64,000 nt of DNA from Terriglobia bacterium (GCA_963807055.1 CAWEAE010000005.1:101311-165310); one strand, 5' to 3'. Positions 44,898 through 54,789 are shown, numbered from the stretch's first letter. Translations and numbers: made by a program. The notes: generated by a model not told the origin, from the sequence alone.

Positions 44898-46112
44898 ATG
44901 GATATAATTGGTTTCATCAGGATGCGAACTCTTTGGTTTTCACCGTTGCTGCTCATGGTCGGCGTATTGGGACTCGCCCAGACAGCCGCACAACTTCCTT
45001 CGGCTCCGACGCCCGCGAACTCGAGACCGCCAGCGCAGCTGCCTTCGGCCCCAACGCCCGCGAACGCACCGCCAGCCCAGCAGCAATCCAAACCTGCTCC
45101 GGTGCAATCTGCACCAGCCTCAACTCAGCCCGCGGCGCAGACTTCGGCTTCAGGTCAGACCGCGAACGTCACCGCCCCGACCACCTCTGACGCCAAAGCG
45201 GCTGATCCTGCTCCCGATACCACCAAGCCGGCCGCTGCCGCCGATGCATCGGGTAAAGACGACAGCGACGCAGTCACTACAATCCACAAGCTCGTGCAGG
45301 AAGTGAATGTCGTCTTCACCGTTTCCGACAAACACGGGCGCTTCGTAAAAGATCTGAAGCAAGCCGACTTCAAGGTACTCGACGACAAGAAGCCGCCGGT
45401 GCAAATTGTGAACTTTGCCAGCGAGACGAACCTTCCGCTACGTGTGGGATTGTTGGTCGACGCCAGTAATTCCGTGCGCGATCGTTTTCGCTTCGAGCAG
45501 GATTCCGCGATCGAATTCCTGAACGAGATCATCCGCCCGCACTTCGATCGAGCCTTTGTAATCGGCTTCGACACTACACCGGAAGTCACCCAGGATTTCA
45601 CCGATAACACCGAGTACCTCTCGAAGGGCGTTCGCGCTCTGCGACCCGGCGGCGGAACGGCACTCTACGATGCCGTCTATTTCGCTTGCCGCGACAAGCT
45701 GCTGAAAGCGCAGCAGACTGGCCCGACCCGCAAAGCCATCATCCTGCTCAGCGATGGTGAAGATAACCAGAGTCGCGTCACGCGTGAGGAAGCGATCGAA
45801 ATGGCGCAGCGCGCCGAAGTGATTCTCTATACCATCAGCACCAACGTGAGCGGCGTCAAGATGCGTGGCGACAAAGTGTTGGAACGCATGGCCGAAGCGA
45901 CCGGCGGACGCGCTTTCTTTCCCTTCCGCATACAAGACGTTTCCAACGCATTTTCGGAAATTCAGGACGAGTTGCGTAGCCAGTACGTGCTCGCCTACAA
46001 GCCAGCCGACTTCACCGCCGATGGCCATTTCCGCAGCATCGACATCATTGCCGCAGATCGCAAAGGACTGCAGGTGCGCGCACGCAAAGGATACTTCGCG
46101 CCAAAACCGTAG
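44898..46112 (+). CDS. VWFA-related acidobacterial-domain protein (VWA paralog 1)
   Basis: Signal peptide, P/A/Q-rich linker with an internal 15-aa duplication (AQLPSAPTPAN twice), then VNVVFTVSDKHGRFVKDLKQADFKVLDDKKP and a VWA domain with MIDAS DASNS, GGTALYDA and LLSDGEDN. Confidence 0.85.
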   Translation: MDIIGFIRMRTLWFSPLLLMVGVLGLAQTAAQLPSAPTPANSRPPAQLPSAPTPANAPPAQQQSKPAPVQSAPASTQPAAQTSASGQTANVTAPTTSDAKAADPAPDTTKPAAAADASGKDDSDAVTTIHKLVQEVNVVFTVSDKHGRFVKDLKQADFKVLDDKKPPVQIVNFASETNLPLRVGLLVDASNSVRDRFRFEQDSAIEFLNEIIRPHFDRAFVIGFDTTPEVTQDFTDNTEYLSKGVRALRPGGGTALYDAVYFACRDKLLKAQQTGPTRKAIILLSDGEDNQSRVTREEAIEMAQRAEVILYTISTNVSGVKMRGDKVLERMAEATGGRAFFPFRIQDVSNAFSEIQDELRSQYVLAYKPADFTADGHFRSIDIIAADRKGLQVRARKGYFAPKP

Positions 46113-46123
46113 ATCCTCGATCG

Positions 46124-46732
46124 TTAGTGGCGTCGCACTGCCGTGCCAAATGACTTCAAGAATGCATCGACCACCTGCTCGATGAAAGTGATTGGGGGAT
46201 CGCCAGACGAGCGCTTCCCCGCCACGTAGGTATCAAAGATATATCGATATAAGACGGGGCCAAAAAGCAGCGCGGTTGATAGGTCTGCGTCCAGATGCTT
46301 CTCAAGCGTCCCTTCAGCCACCCCGCGCTTAAACACGTCAGCCAGTGCGGAGCGTTTGCGATTGATGACCCGTTCTCGCCATGCACGTCCGAAGGCCTGA
46401 TTACGCGCAGAATAGGCAATCAGGTGCGGCATGATCCGTTCGCGAAGATCCGGCATGTGCGCAGGAGCGTAGCTCAGTGAGTCGATCAGATCCTTGCGCA
46501 AGTCGCCAGACGCGAACTCCGGCAATTCTTTATCAAGGCCGTGAAGATACGAAAGTGCCTCGAGGGCGAGAGCGTCCTTATCTGCCCAGTGCTTGTAGAT
46601 CGTGGCTTTGCTCACGCCAGACGCATCAGCAATTGAATCCATGCTGGTGGCGTCGATGCCTTGCTTCGCAAACAGACGAATCGCAGCATGCACAACCTTA
46701 CGATGCGCCTCCTCGCTGCGTTGTCTGACCAT
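46124..46732 (-). CDS. TetR-family transcriptional regulator
   Basis: AAIRLFAKQGIDATSMDSIADASGVSKATIYKHWADKDAL helix-turn-helix. Confidence 0.88.
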   Translation of the reverse strand: MVRQRSEEAHRKVVHAAIRLFAKQGIDATSMDSIADASGVSKATIYKHWADKDALALEALSYLHGLDKELPEFASGDLRKDLIDSLSYAPAHMPDLRERIMPHLIAYSARNQAFGRAWRERVINRKRSALADVFKRGVAEGTLEKHLDADLSTALLFGPVLYRYIFDTYVAGKRSSGDPPITFIEQVVDAFLKSFGTAVRRH

Positions 46733-46735
46733 GGC

Positions 46736-47482
46736 CTACAACTCGATCCTCGAAAACAGGTAGGCGCCGGTGCCTAGGAAAGCTACCGCAAGAATGCCGA
46801 GCAGCAACATATCGACGGGAAAGCTGAACTGCCAGCTCCCAATCAGCACCCCGCGCAATCCGTCCACTCCATACGCTAACGGGTCGCCACGGGTAATCCA
46901 TGTAAGCACCCGCGGCAAATTGCTTAGAGGATAGAGTGCTCCCGAAAGGAAAAAGATCGGCAGGACCAGAAAGTTCATGACTAGCTGGAATCCCTGCATG
47001 TCTTGGATCACCGAACCCAACGCTGTCCCCATGGCGGCGAATACAATCGCGATCATGATCACAAATAGAAATGCTACCGGGATCGCTATCCAGTGTGCCG
47101 GCCTGAAACCCGCAATCAGGCAGATAATCAGGATGAGGCATCCCTGGATGATCGCCACCGTCGCACCACCTAAAGTCCGTCCGACCATGATCTGCATTCG
47201 CGAGACCGGCGCGACGAACGTTTCCTTCAAGAAACCGAACTGGCGGTCGAACAACATGGCGATGCCCGAGAAGACAGAACTGAACAGTACCGTCATTCCG
47301 ATCACGCCCGGCGCCATGAATTGGAGGTAGCTTCCTCCGCCCGCTTTCGCGAACACCGGGCCAAAGCCGAACCCGAGCGCCAGCAAATAAAGCGCAGGCT
47401 GACCCAGCGACACGACAATCTGTACGCGGGACCGGACATAACGTTTGAGCTCACGCAGCCACAGTATGTAAATGACGCCCAC
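46736..47482 (-). CDS. ABC-2 type transporter permease
   Basis: The GTG at 47482 lies 1 nt after the ATPase stop, with GGAGGAG upstream. VIYILWLRELKRYVRSR..., six TM segments. Confidence 0.85.
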   Translation of the reverse strand: MGVIYILWLRELKRYVRSRVQIVVSLGQPALYLLALGFGFGPVFAKAGGGSYLQFMAPGVIGMTVLFSSVFSGIAMLFDRQFGFLKETFVAPVSRMQIMVGRTLGGATVAIIQGCLILIICLIAGFRPAHWIAIPVAFLFVIMIAIVFAAMGTALGSVIQDMQGFQLVMNFLVLPIFFLSGALYPLSNLPRVLTWITRGDPLAYGVDGLRGVLIGSWQFSFPVDMLLLGILAVAFLGTGAYLFSRIEL

Positions 47483-47483
47483 G

Positions 47484-48275
47484 CTATCTCCTCCACATTC
47501 TGGCAAATTGCCGCATCTGATCCTTGCTGTCCGCACCATCTTCGCGAAGCGATGTGCCGGTGAGCGCCAGAAACGCTCCTTCAAGTGAATCCGTCTCGGT
47601 TTGTGCTTTCAACTCTGCTGATGTTCCCTGCGCCACGATCATGCCGTGGTCGATGATCGCGATCCGATCGGCAACCCGATCGGCTTCGTCCATGTAGTGA
47701 GTCGTCAGGAACACCGTCGTGTTCTCGGCTTCGTTGATTCGTTTCACGTGAGCCCAGAGTTGATTACGGCTCTGCGGATCTAGCCCCAGCGTCGGTTCAT
47801 CCAGAAACAGGATTTTTGGCGTATGCAGGAATCCGCGCGCGATCTCCAGTCGCCGTCTCATTCCACCAGAAAATGTTTTGACGTAGTCGTTGCGCTTTTC
47901 CCAGAGCTCGAATGTCTTCATTAGCTCTTCGATACGCTGGGTACGAATCTTTCCGGGGACGTGGTAAAGAACGCCGTGAAGCACCATGTTCTCGTAAGCG
48001 GTCTGCTCATTGTCCAGACTTGGATCCTGGAACACGATGCCGAAGCGCTGGCGTGCTTCTTTCTGTTGTACCAGCGGGTTGAACCCATCCAGCAGGATGT
48101 TGCCCGCGGTCGGCCGCAACAGAGTCGTCAGCATCTTGATCGTGGTGGTCTTCCCTGCGCCGTTCGGGCCGAGGAACGCAAAAATCTCCCCTTGCTGAAC
48201 CTGGAAGGAAATCCCCTTTACAGCGGTGAACTGGCCGAAGGTCTTGGTTAGGTTCTCTACCTGGATCAAAGGCAC
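47484..48275 (-). CDS. ABC transporter ATP-binding protein (DrrA-like)
   Basis: GPNGAGKTT, FSGGMRRRLEIARG, LFLDEPT. Confidence 0.92.
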   Translation of the reverse strand: MPLIQVENLTKTFGQFTAVKGISFQVQQGEIFAFLGPNGAGKTTTIKMLTTLLRPTAGNILLDGFNPLVQQKEARQRFGIVFQDPSLDNEQTAYENMVLHGVLYHVPGKIRTQRIEELMKTFELWEKRNDYVKTFSGGMRRRLEIARGFLHTPKILFLDEPTLGLDPQSRNQLWAHVKRINEAENTTVFLTTHYMDEADRVADRIAIIDHGMIVAQGTSAELKAQTETDSLEGAFLALTGTSLREDGADSKDQMRQFARMWRR

Positions 48276-48306
48276 CTCACGAGAGACGAAGGATATAAAT
48301 ACTGAA

Positions 48307-48359
48307 CGGTTTAGTTTAGTTTGTCAAACAGAATTGTTGCTTGCCGTTAAACTAAGCGG
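48307..48359. promoter_or_regulatory. inverted repeat in the ABC operon upstream region (candidate TetR operator)
   Basis: CGGTTTAGTTTA(48307-48318) and TAAACTAAGCGG(48348-48359) are complementary at 10 of 12 positions, 29 bp apart, in an AT-rich region 32-84 bp upstream of the ATPase start. Confidence 0.3.
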
Positions 48360-48409
48360 AATCAACCTTAGAAAAGAGGGCGCCCGCGAAGGACCGATCG
48401 CCCGGCCAG

Positions 48410-49471
48410 CTAATCTCCCGCTTCTGTGTCGTGCCGGATGGCGTAATACCCGGTCCTGGCCTGGACCTTCAGGCTCTTTTCCGTCGTATGAATCTCCACC
48501 TTGCGGAAGCTGCCGTCCAGCTTCGAATTGGTAGGTGTGTATCCGATGTTGTATTGCGTGCGCAGCTCTTTGGCGATCTCGTCGAACGCTTCCTGCAGCT
48601 TTTCTTTTTTGTTGCCGACCTCAATCACACGGCCGCCGGTGTCTGCGGTCATCTTCTTCATCTCCCGGTCACCCGAGTACCCGCCGAATCCGTAAAATCC
48701 ACGGTCGGCGATCAGCAGCACGTAAACAATGCTGTCCGACTTCTGTGCCGCTTCGATCGCGTCCTGGATGCGTTCCTTCGAGCCCTGGTCCTCGCCGTCC
48801 GTAAGCAGGATCATGGCCTTGCGCCCTACTTCTTTGGACAGTTTGTCGTAGGACGCGAGATAAACCGCATCATAGAGAAGAGTACCTTTGGGAGAGCACG
48901 ATCCTGGCAATGGACCGCCACCGATTCCCGGGATCCCGGTGCACGGCGTTCCCGCATTTATTTTTGCTTTATCCAGGGCAACGCGAAGCTGGTGGCTTTC
49001 GCTGGTGTAATCCTGCAGGAGGTCCACTTCCACGTCGAAGCTGATCACGAATGCCAGGTCTTTGGGTCTCAGCACCTCGCGAAGAAAATTGGCGCCGACC
49101 TCTTTTTCCATATCAAGAACGCGAGTCTGGCTGGCACTACTGTCAATCAATATACCCAGCGTCAGCGGTTCATCCGATTCCGTGGAGAAATACTTGATGG
49201 TTTGCGGCTTGCCATCTTCAAGGACTTGGAAATCCGTCTTTGCCAGGTTCGGAACGAGCGCTCCGTGCTTGTCTTTAACGTTGAAGAATAGATTCACCAC
49301 GTTCACTTGCGACTGGAACGTGGGTAAATTCTGGTCCTGGTTAGCCGTTTGCTCCTGGTCCTGCTGCGTAGAAGATTGCGGAGGCTGTGCCCAAACAAGC
49401 GCGTGAAACGACAACAATGTCACAATAGAGATGATTGCGACTCGGACAAAACAACGGGATCGGAACAACAT
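48410..49471 (-). CDS. VWFA-related acidobacterial-domain protein (VWA paralog 2)
   Basis: Signal peptide, VNVVNLFFNVKDKHGALVPNLAKTDFQVLEDGKPQ, MIDAS DSSAS, LLTDGEDQGS. Confidence 0.85.
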   Translation of the reverse strand: MLFRSRCFVRVAIISIVTLLSFHALVWAQPPQSSTQQDQEQTANQDQNLPTFQSQVNVVNLFFNVKDKHGALVPNLAKTDFQVLEDGKPQTIKYFSTESDEPLTLGILIDSSASQTRVLDMEKEVGANFLREVLRPKDLAFVISFDVEVDLLQDYTSESHQLRVALDKAKINAGTPCTGIPGIGGGPLPGSCSPKGTLLYDAVYLASYDKLSKEVGRKAMILLTDGEDQGSKERIQDAIEAAQKSDSIVYVLLIADRGFYGFGGYSGDREMKKMTADTGGRVIEVGNKKEKLQEAFDEIAKELRTQYNIGYTPTNSKLDGSFRKVEIHTTEKSLKVQARTGYYAIRHDTEAGD

Positions 49472-49560
49472 GGCTTTTCAGGGTTCCTAGACTGAACTAG
49501 AGTAATTCTAAATCAGCTTCTATCTGTAAGAATTCGGGCATCGTAAGTGGAGGGTCGTGC

Positions 49561-50916
49561 GTGTTCAAGCATTGCCATTGGAACGAATGGATGCGTCTAG
49601 CTGTCATTGCTTTCATCTGTGGCCTCTTACTAGGCATTCCCCTGCAGGGCTCCGCACAAAACTCTGGCAGCCCGCCCAATGGGCAAACCCTTCCAGATGC
49701 GCCTGCACCTAACAACCCCTCTTCGGGGCAACAAGTTTCGCCCGGGGCACCACCACCTGTCCCTTCGCAGACTCCTGACCTCGGCGATCTTTCGGTTGAA
49801 ACTCAGTCTCATGGCACCACCCAGGGCTCCTCGAACACCGCACCTCCTCCGATGCCTCCCATCAAGACTGTGCCTGCCGGCAGTGTTCCACCCGCGTCGA
49901 ACACCAGTCAGGAGGAGCTCTACAAGTACGTCGTTAACACGAATTTCGTCGTCGTGCCCGTAACCGTGAGAGACCCTGCCGGGCATCTCGTCGAAGGACT
50001 TCTCCAAAAGGATTTTTCGATTTACGAAGACAGCAAGCCGCAGACCATCCGGTTCTTCACGAGCGATCCCTTCGCTCTTTCTGCCGCGATCGTCCTCGAT
50101 CTCAGCCTGCCCGAGAATGTCGTAAGCAAGGTCAACCAGACGTTGCCTGCGCTCGTGGGCGCCTTTAGCCAGTATGACGAGGTCGCCCTTTACACCTATG
50201 CCGGGAGCGTCCAAAAAGTGCAGGACTTCGTTGGTGGCGCCTCCGACCGTTTTGCACAGGTGATGAAACAGGTTCGCGCCGAGGCTCAAGGCAGGCCAGG
50301 CGGCGTTGCCGTGGTCGCGGGACCGATGGCAGCTGGTCCCAGCGTGAACGGGCACCCAATGGATCCCAGCGTTCCGCCGATGGAATCTCGCACTTATCAG
50401 CCTGAGCCACACGTGCTTAACGACGCCATACTCGCCGCAGCGCTCGATCTCTCTCGCCGCGGGCCCCTTCGTCGCAAAATCATCTTTGTCATCAGTGACG
50501 GCCGGGAGCTCAACAGCAATGCGAGCTACCGCGATGTGCTGAAGGTCGTGCAAACCTATCAAATACTGGTCTATGGAGTCGCTGTGAGTGGCGGTGCCAT
50601 CCCTGGCTACCGTCAGTTGCAGAAGATCAAGGTTCCCGGCCAGGGTTATGGAGACATCCTCAATCGATACGCAGCCGCAACCGGCGGCCAGGCGTTCCCA
50701 GCTCTTTCTACGGACGCGATCGAAAGCACCTACCAGCGAGTCACGTCCGTCGCCAGGAACCAGTACACGCTTGGCTACACAACCGTGGCGGCCATCGCCG
50801 GTAATTGTCGCGAAATTGAGGTCCGCGTGAAGCGCCCTGGCCTGCAGGTTATATCCAAGCCACGGTACTGTCCGCTTCCTCCAGCGGCCGCCCAAAAACA
50901 ACCAAGCGGCCAGTAA
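49561..50916 (+). CDS. VWFA-related acidobacterial-domain protein (VWA paralog 3, degenerate MIDAS); start may be the ATG at 49591
   Basis: NFVVVPVTVRDPAGHLVEGLLQKDFSIYEDSKPQ, then LDLSLP in place of DxSxS, and FVISDGRE. Confidence 0.8.
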   Translation: MFKHCHWNEWMRLAVIAFICGLLLGIPLQGSAQNSGSPPNGQTLPDAPAPNNPSSGQQVSPGAPPPVPSQTPDLGDLSVETQSHGTTQGSSNTAPPPMPPIKTVPAGSVPPASNTSQEELYKYVVNTNFVVVPVTVRDPAGHLVEGLLQKDFSIYEDSKPQTIRFFTSDPFALSAAIVLDLSLPENVVSKVNQTLPALVGAFSQYDEVALYTYAGSVQKVQDFVGGASDRFAQVMKQVRAEAQGRPGGVAVVAGPMAAGPSVNGHPMDPSVPPMESRTYQPEPHVLNDAILAAALDLSRRGPLRRKIIFVISDGRELNSNASYRDVLKVVQTYQILVYGVAVSGGAIPGYRQLQKIKVPGQGYGDILNRYAAATGGQAFPALSTDAIESTYQRVTSVARNQYTLGYTTVAAIAGNCREIEVRVKRPGLQVISKPRYCPLPPAAAQKQPSGQ

Positions 50917-51166
50917 TCATTCGTCCGAGCCCTGAAGCCACGGGCCGCTGACAGCTACTGTCCATTGGCTTCAGGCAGATAGCCATCGCCCGTGGGCTGG
51001 CTCTACCCGTTAGCCGCCAATCACTTCCGTACTATGACTTTAGTGTCCTTCTGGACAACGATGTGTGCTCGAACGTTAATACCCTGTGATATAAAACAAG
51101 TGCACTCCCCCAGGAGAAACTGCAGTCGCCCGTAAGGGTGCACTGCGATTAGAACGAGGCAGGGCC

Positions 51167-51751
51167 TTGAGTTTCATAAACTTCGCCGCCCGCGAAATTA
51201 ATTGCAAAATTGTCTATTACGGCCCCGGCCTCGGGGGCAAGACCACCAATCTTCAGTACGTTTACGACAAGACTGGCGAGAAACAGAAGGGCAAGATGAT
51301 CTCGCTGGCCACCGAGACGGACCGAACCCTGTTTTTCGACTTTCTCCCACTCGATTTGGGCACGGTTCGTGGCTTTCGCACCCGTTTCCATCTCTACACC
51401 GTTCCAGGACAGGTCTTCTACGATGCCAGCCGCAAACTCATTCTGCGTGGCGTCGATGGCGTGGTCTTCGTCGCAGATTCCCAGGAAGAGCGCATGGACG
51501 CCAACCTGGAAGCCCTCGACAACCTCCAGGAGAACCTGCAAGAACATGGCTACGATCTCACCAAGATCCCCTATGTGCTGCAGTTGAACAAGCGCGACCT
51601 GCCCTCGGCCATGGGCCTGGACGACCTAAAGCGCGAGCTGATTCGCAAAGAAGAACCGGTTTTTGAAGCCGTGGCCTTCCAGGGCACCGGCGTATTCGAG
51701 ACACTCAAAGAAGTCGCCCGCCTGGTTCTCACTGAGCTCAAGAAGGGCTAG
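51167..51751 (+). CDS. mglA: Ras-like GTPase MglA (mutual gliding-motility protein A family)
   Basis: [32 protein letters not shown]...[12 protein letters not shown]...[33 protein letters not shown]...LNKRDL...VLTELKKG is near-colinear with Myxococcus MglA as I remember it. TTG start. Confidence 0.9.
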   Translation: MSFINFAAREINCKIVYYGPGLGGKTTNLQYVYDKTGEKQKGKMISLATETDRTLFFDFLPLDLGTVRGFRTRFHLYTVPGQVFYDASRKLILRGVDGVVFVADSQEERMDANLEALDNLQENLQEHGYDLTKIPYVLQLNKRDLPSAMGLDDLKRELIRKEEPVFEAVAFQGTGVFETLKEVARLVLTELKKG

Positions 51752-51772
51752 CCGCCTTCCAGCCAAAAACTA

Positions 51773-52786
51773 CTACTCATGCTCGTGATGGTGCTTGTGT
51801 GCACCGGCGTTAAGCGCTAAATCTTCCGCGCCTTCCATTTCGTGCTTTTGCAGCTCCGCGAGCAAGCCTTCGTCCGTCAGATCCAGCGGGTGCGAGTTCT
51901 CCCAGTCATTCCGCACGACGTTGTGCAACTTATCGACGACGCCGTCGTCACCAACTTCGATTGCCAGTTCCCGCCGGCTGTCGAAGCTACCCGGCGCAAA
52001 ATTGATCGATCCCACAATTGCGCGCACCCCATCCGCCAGCAGCATCTTGGCATGCAGCTTCAGATGATGCAGTTTGTGGATCTTCACTCCCACATCATCC
52101 AGGATCCGCAATCCACCCACGCCCTCGATCAGCTTGTCTTTTTTCAATTTATGCGGCGGCCTGGCCATCAGGTGGATCTTTACCCCGCGGCGATTGGCGC
52201 GCACCAGGTGCTCGATGATGATCGGATCCTGGTATCGCTCATTCTGCAGCCATAGCGAGTGTTTAGCTTCGTCGATGAACTGCCCAATCCGATCGCGGCC
52301 ATTTCCTTTGCACCAGATCAGGCGTGACTGCGGTCCCACGGAGAAATCTGTCCTGTGCCAGTCTGCCTCGAAGCAGTCGACGATTTCCTGCACCTCATGT
52401 TTGTTAGTCGTGATCACGGCGTAATCGCGAGTCTCAGTGAGGTTCTTCGTGTCCCAGTTCAGCGATTTCACGAATGCCGTCGTATCGTCGACCACCATTG
52501 ATTTCTCGTGCGTGAGATCGAACGCCGGATTGCTGTCAATGACGTTCACCCCTGCTTCGGTGAGCACCTTACGTGTGTCCTGGTTTTCTTCTTCTCCGTC
52601 ACGACGCGCCGGGTTCAGCATGATGCGGACATCCACACCACGATTGTGCGCAGCGATTACCGCCTTCAGAAGCGCCGGATCCGAGAACAAAAACATCTTC
52701 ACGCGGATCGATTGTCTGGCGTTGTGGATTGCGTCAATAATCGGCTGCGCTGAATCGTCCGGCAGCACTACCAGTGATCTCGACAT
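51773..52786 (-). CDS. phospholipase D-family protein (two HKD motifs) with a His-rich C-terminal tail
   Basis: HEKSMVVDD and HAKMLLAD (HxKxxxxD twice). The C-terminus reads GAHKHHHEHE. Confidence 0.85.
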   Translation of the reverse strand: MSRSLVVLPDDSAQPIIDAIHNARQSIRVKMFLFSDPALLKAVIAAHNRGVDVRIMLNPARRDGEEENQDTRKVLTEAGVNVIDSNPAFDLTHEKSMVVDDTTAFVKSLNWDTKNLTETRDYAVITTNKHEVQEIVDCFEADWHRTDFSVGPQSRLIWCKGNGRDRIGQFIDEAKHSLWLQNERYQDPIIIEHLVRANRRGVKIHLMARPPHKLKKDKLIEGVGGLRILDDVGVKIHKLHHLKLHAKMLLADGVRAIVGSINFAPGSFDSRRELAIEVGDDGVVDKLHNVVRNDWENSHPLDLTDEGLLAELQKHEMEGAEDLALNAGAHKHHHEHE

Positions 52787-52839
52787 GTTTTCCTCAGAAC
52801 AGTGAAGCGGATACTCGGATTGTAGCCCACCAGCGGAAG

Positions 52840-54627
52840 CTACGTTCCCGCCTGTGCGGCTGTTCCGAATTGTGCGCGGTAGAGCTCGGCGTACACACCG
52901 TTAACGGTAAGCAACTCGTCGCTCGTCCCCTCTTCCGCAACCACGCCGTCTTTCAAAACGATGATCTTGTCCGCATCTCGAATCGTGCTTAGCCGGTGCG
53001 CAATCATAATCACCGTCCGTCCCTTCATTAACTTCTCCAATGCTCCCACCACCAGCTTCTCGGACTCCGTGTCCAAAGCCGCCGTCGGTTCATCCAGGAT
53101 CAGGATGGGATTATTGCGTACGATTGCCCGCGCGATTCCGATGCGTTGGCGCTGACCACCCGACAGAGTGTCTCCCCGATCGCCTACCACCGTATCGTAG
53201 CCATGCGGCATGCGCGCGATGAACTCGTCCGCATTCGCCAGACGCGCCGCCTGCATCACTTCTTCGCGCGTGGCGCCGGCCCGTCCATAGGCAATGTTGT
53301 CGCGAATCGTGCCGCGAAATAAAACCGTTTCCTGCAGCACGTAGCCGATCTGTTCTCGCAATGCTTGCAATTTGTAGTCGCGGATGTCATCTCCGTCGAT
53401 GCTCACCATGCCCGCCGTCGGATCGTAAAATCGTGGGATTAGGCTGATGATCGTCGACTTCCCGCCGCCAGTTGGGCCGACAATCCCCACCATCTGTCCT
53501 GGCTTAATCACAAAGCTCACATCGCGAAGAACTGGACTGGTCTCATCGTAGTAAAAAGCTACGTTCTTGAATTCGATCTCGCCACGCAACGGCTCCGGTA
53601 CTCGTGCTTCTGGTTTCTCCGGAATGATGTTGTCCGCATCCAGGATGCCCCGCACTCGCTCCACTCCCACTGCCGCCTGCGCGATGCTGTTCGTCATCGT
53701 GGCAAGGTCCTGCACCGGCTTGAAGAACTTGGTCAGGTACGCGAGAAAGACGGTCAGGGCTCCGGCCGTCATCGCGCCTTTGATAATCAGGGATGACCCT
53801 CGCCACAAGACGATCGCCGTACAAACAGCGACGGTCACGTTCACCATCGGCGACAGCAGCGCCTTCACCCGGCGCGCTTTCAACGCAGCTTTAACGGTCG
53901 CATGGCTCACGTCGTCCAGTTCCGACTCCTGCAACTCCTGCCGGCCGAATGCCTTGATCACCCGCATTGACTCCAGCCCCTGCTGCAGCACCGAGACCAT
54001 ATTGGCCTGTTCTTTTCGCACCTCGTGCGTGGCTTTCTTTACTGCGTTCTTGAAGCGCGACACCAACAGCAGCATGAAGGGCGTCAGCCCGACGGCGATC
54101 AGCGTGAAATCCCAGTTCAACCAGAACATCACGCCAAGCATGCACAGAATAGTGAGGAGGTCGACCACGATCCCAAGCGTCGACGAAGACGCGAATCCCT
54201 GGATGGTCTGGACGTCCGTCGTCAGCGTGCTCAGAATATTCCCGACCTGATGGCTGTCGTAATAATTCAACGACAGATGCTGCAGGTGGTGATACGTACG
54301 CATCCGCAGATCGTTCGCCACCCACTGTCCAACGCTGGTCGTGTAGTAATTAGCTACGTACGCCGCGAGCGCCCCAATGCTCGCAATTACCACGGTGATG
54401 ATGGCTGCGGCGGCGGCTACCTGCATCTTGCTGCCGCCACTCATGAACGGTCGCAGGAAGTCTTCCAGCCAAGGCGCGAGTTTGTGCGTTCCCACAACGT
54501 TGTCGAGAACGATCTTCAACGGCCACGGTGCTGCGACGCTCATTGCCGTCTGCATAAGCATCGCCGCCAGGATCACAACCAGAGTGCCACGATACGGCCG
54601 TACCAGTTCGCTAATCAGACGCAACAT
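52840..54627 (-). CDS. ABC exporter, fused permease/ATPase (MsbA-like)
   Basis: Six-TM N-terminal half, GPTGGGKST, LSGGQRQRIGIARA, ILILDEPT. The start is taken at the ATG at 54627 (MLRLISELVRPY). Confidence 0.9.
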   Translation of the reverse strand: MLRLISELVRPYRGTLVVILAAMLMQTAMSVAAPWPLKIVLDNVVGTHKLAPWLEDFLRPFMSGGSKMQVAAAAAIITVVIASIGALAAYVANYYTTSVGQWVANDLRMRTYHHLQHLSLNYYDSHQVGNILSTLTTDVQTIQGFASSSTLGIVVDLLTILCMLGVMFWLNWDFTLIAVGLTPFMLLLVSRFKNAVKKATHEVRKEQANMVSVLQQGLESMRVIKAFGRQELQESELDDVSHATVKAALKARRVKALLSPMVNVTVAVCTAIVLWRGSSLIIKGAMTAGALTVFLAYLTKFFKPVQDLATMTNSIAQAAVGVERVRGILDADNIIPEKPEARVPEPLRGEIEFKNVAFYYDETSPVLRDVSFVIKPGQMVGIVGPTGGGKSTIISLIPRFYDPTAGMVSIDGDDIRDYKLQALREQIGYVLQETVLFRGTIRDNIAYGRAGATREEVMQAARLANADEFIARMPHGYDTVVGDRGDTLSGGQRQRIGIARAIVRNNPILILDEPTAALDTESEKLVVGALEKLMKGRTVIMIAHRLSTIRDADKIIVLKDGVVAEEGTSDELLTVNGVYAELYRAQFGTAAQAGT

Positions 54628-54789
54628 TCTTTGGGTTCTCACACAACGCGGACGCCCCGCCCACGTCATAAACGGTGGGTGCCATTCTGCGGGGCTTGCA
54701 CCAGACTTTGCAAGCTTTGTCTTTGCTTCTCGCCTCGGTCATCCTCCAGATTTGCCCTGAGTTCACCGGTCGCAGTACTCTCTTTTCCC

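Noticed and set aside
54025-54789. N-terminal 255 codons of ORF 54025..55857, and similar long antisense ORFs: 49630..50901, 37821..38786, 13621..14481, 15615..16343, 55135..55836, 48431..49291 and 34606..35331.
   Set aside because: Each overlaps a gene with clear family motifs on the other strand or in another frame, and has a biased Arg/Gly/His composition. For 54025..55857, only the part from the ATG at 54790 (signal peptide plus alpha/beta hydrolase) is credible.
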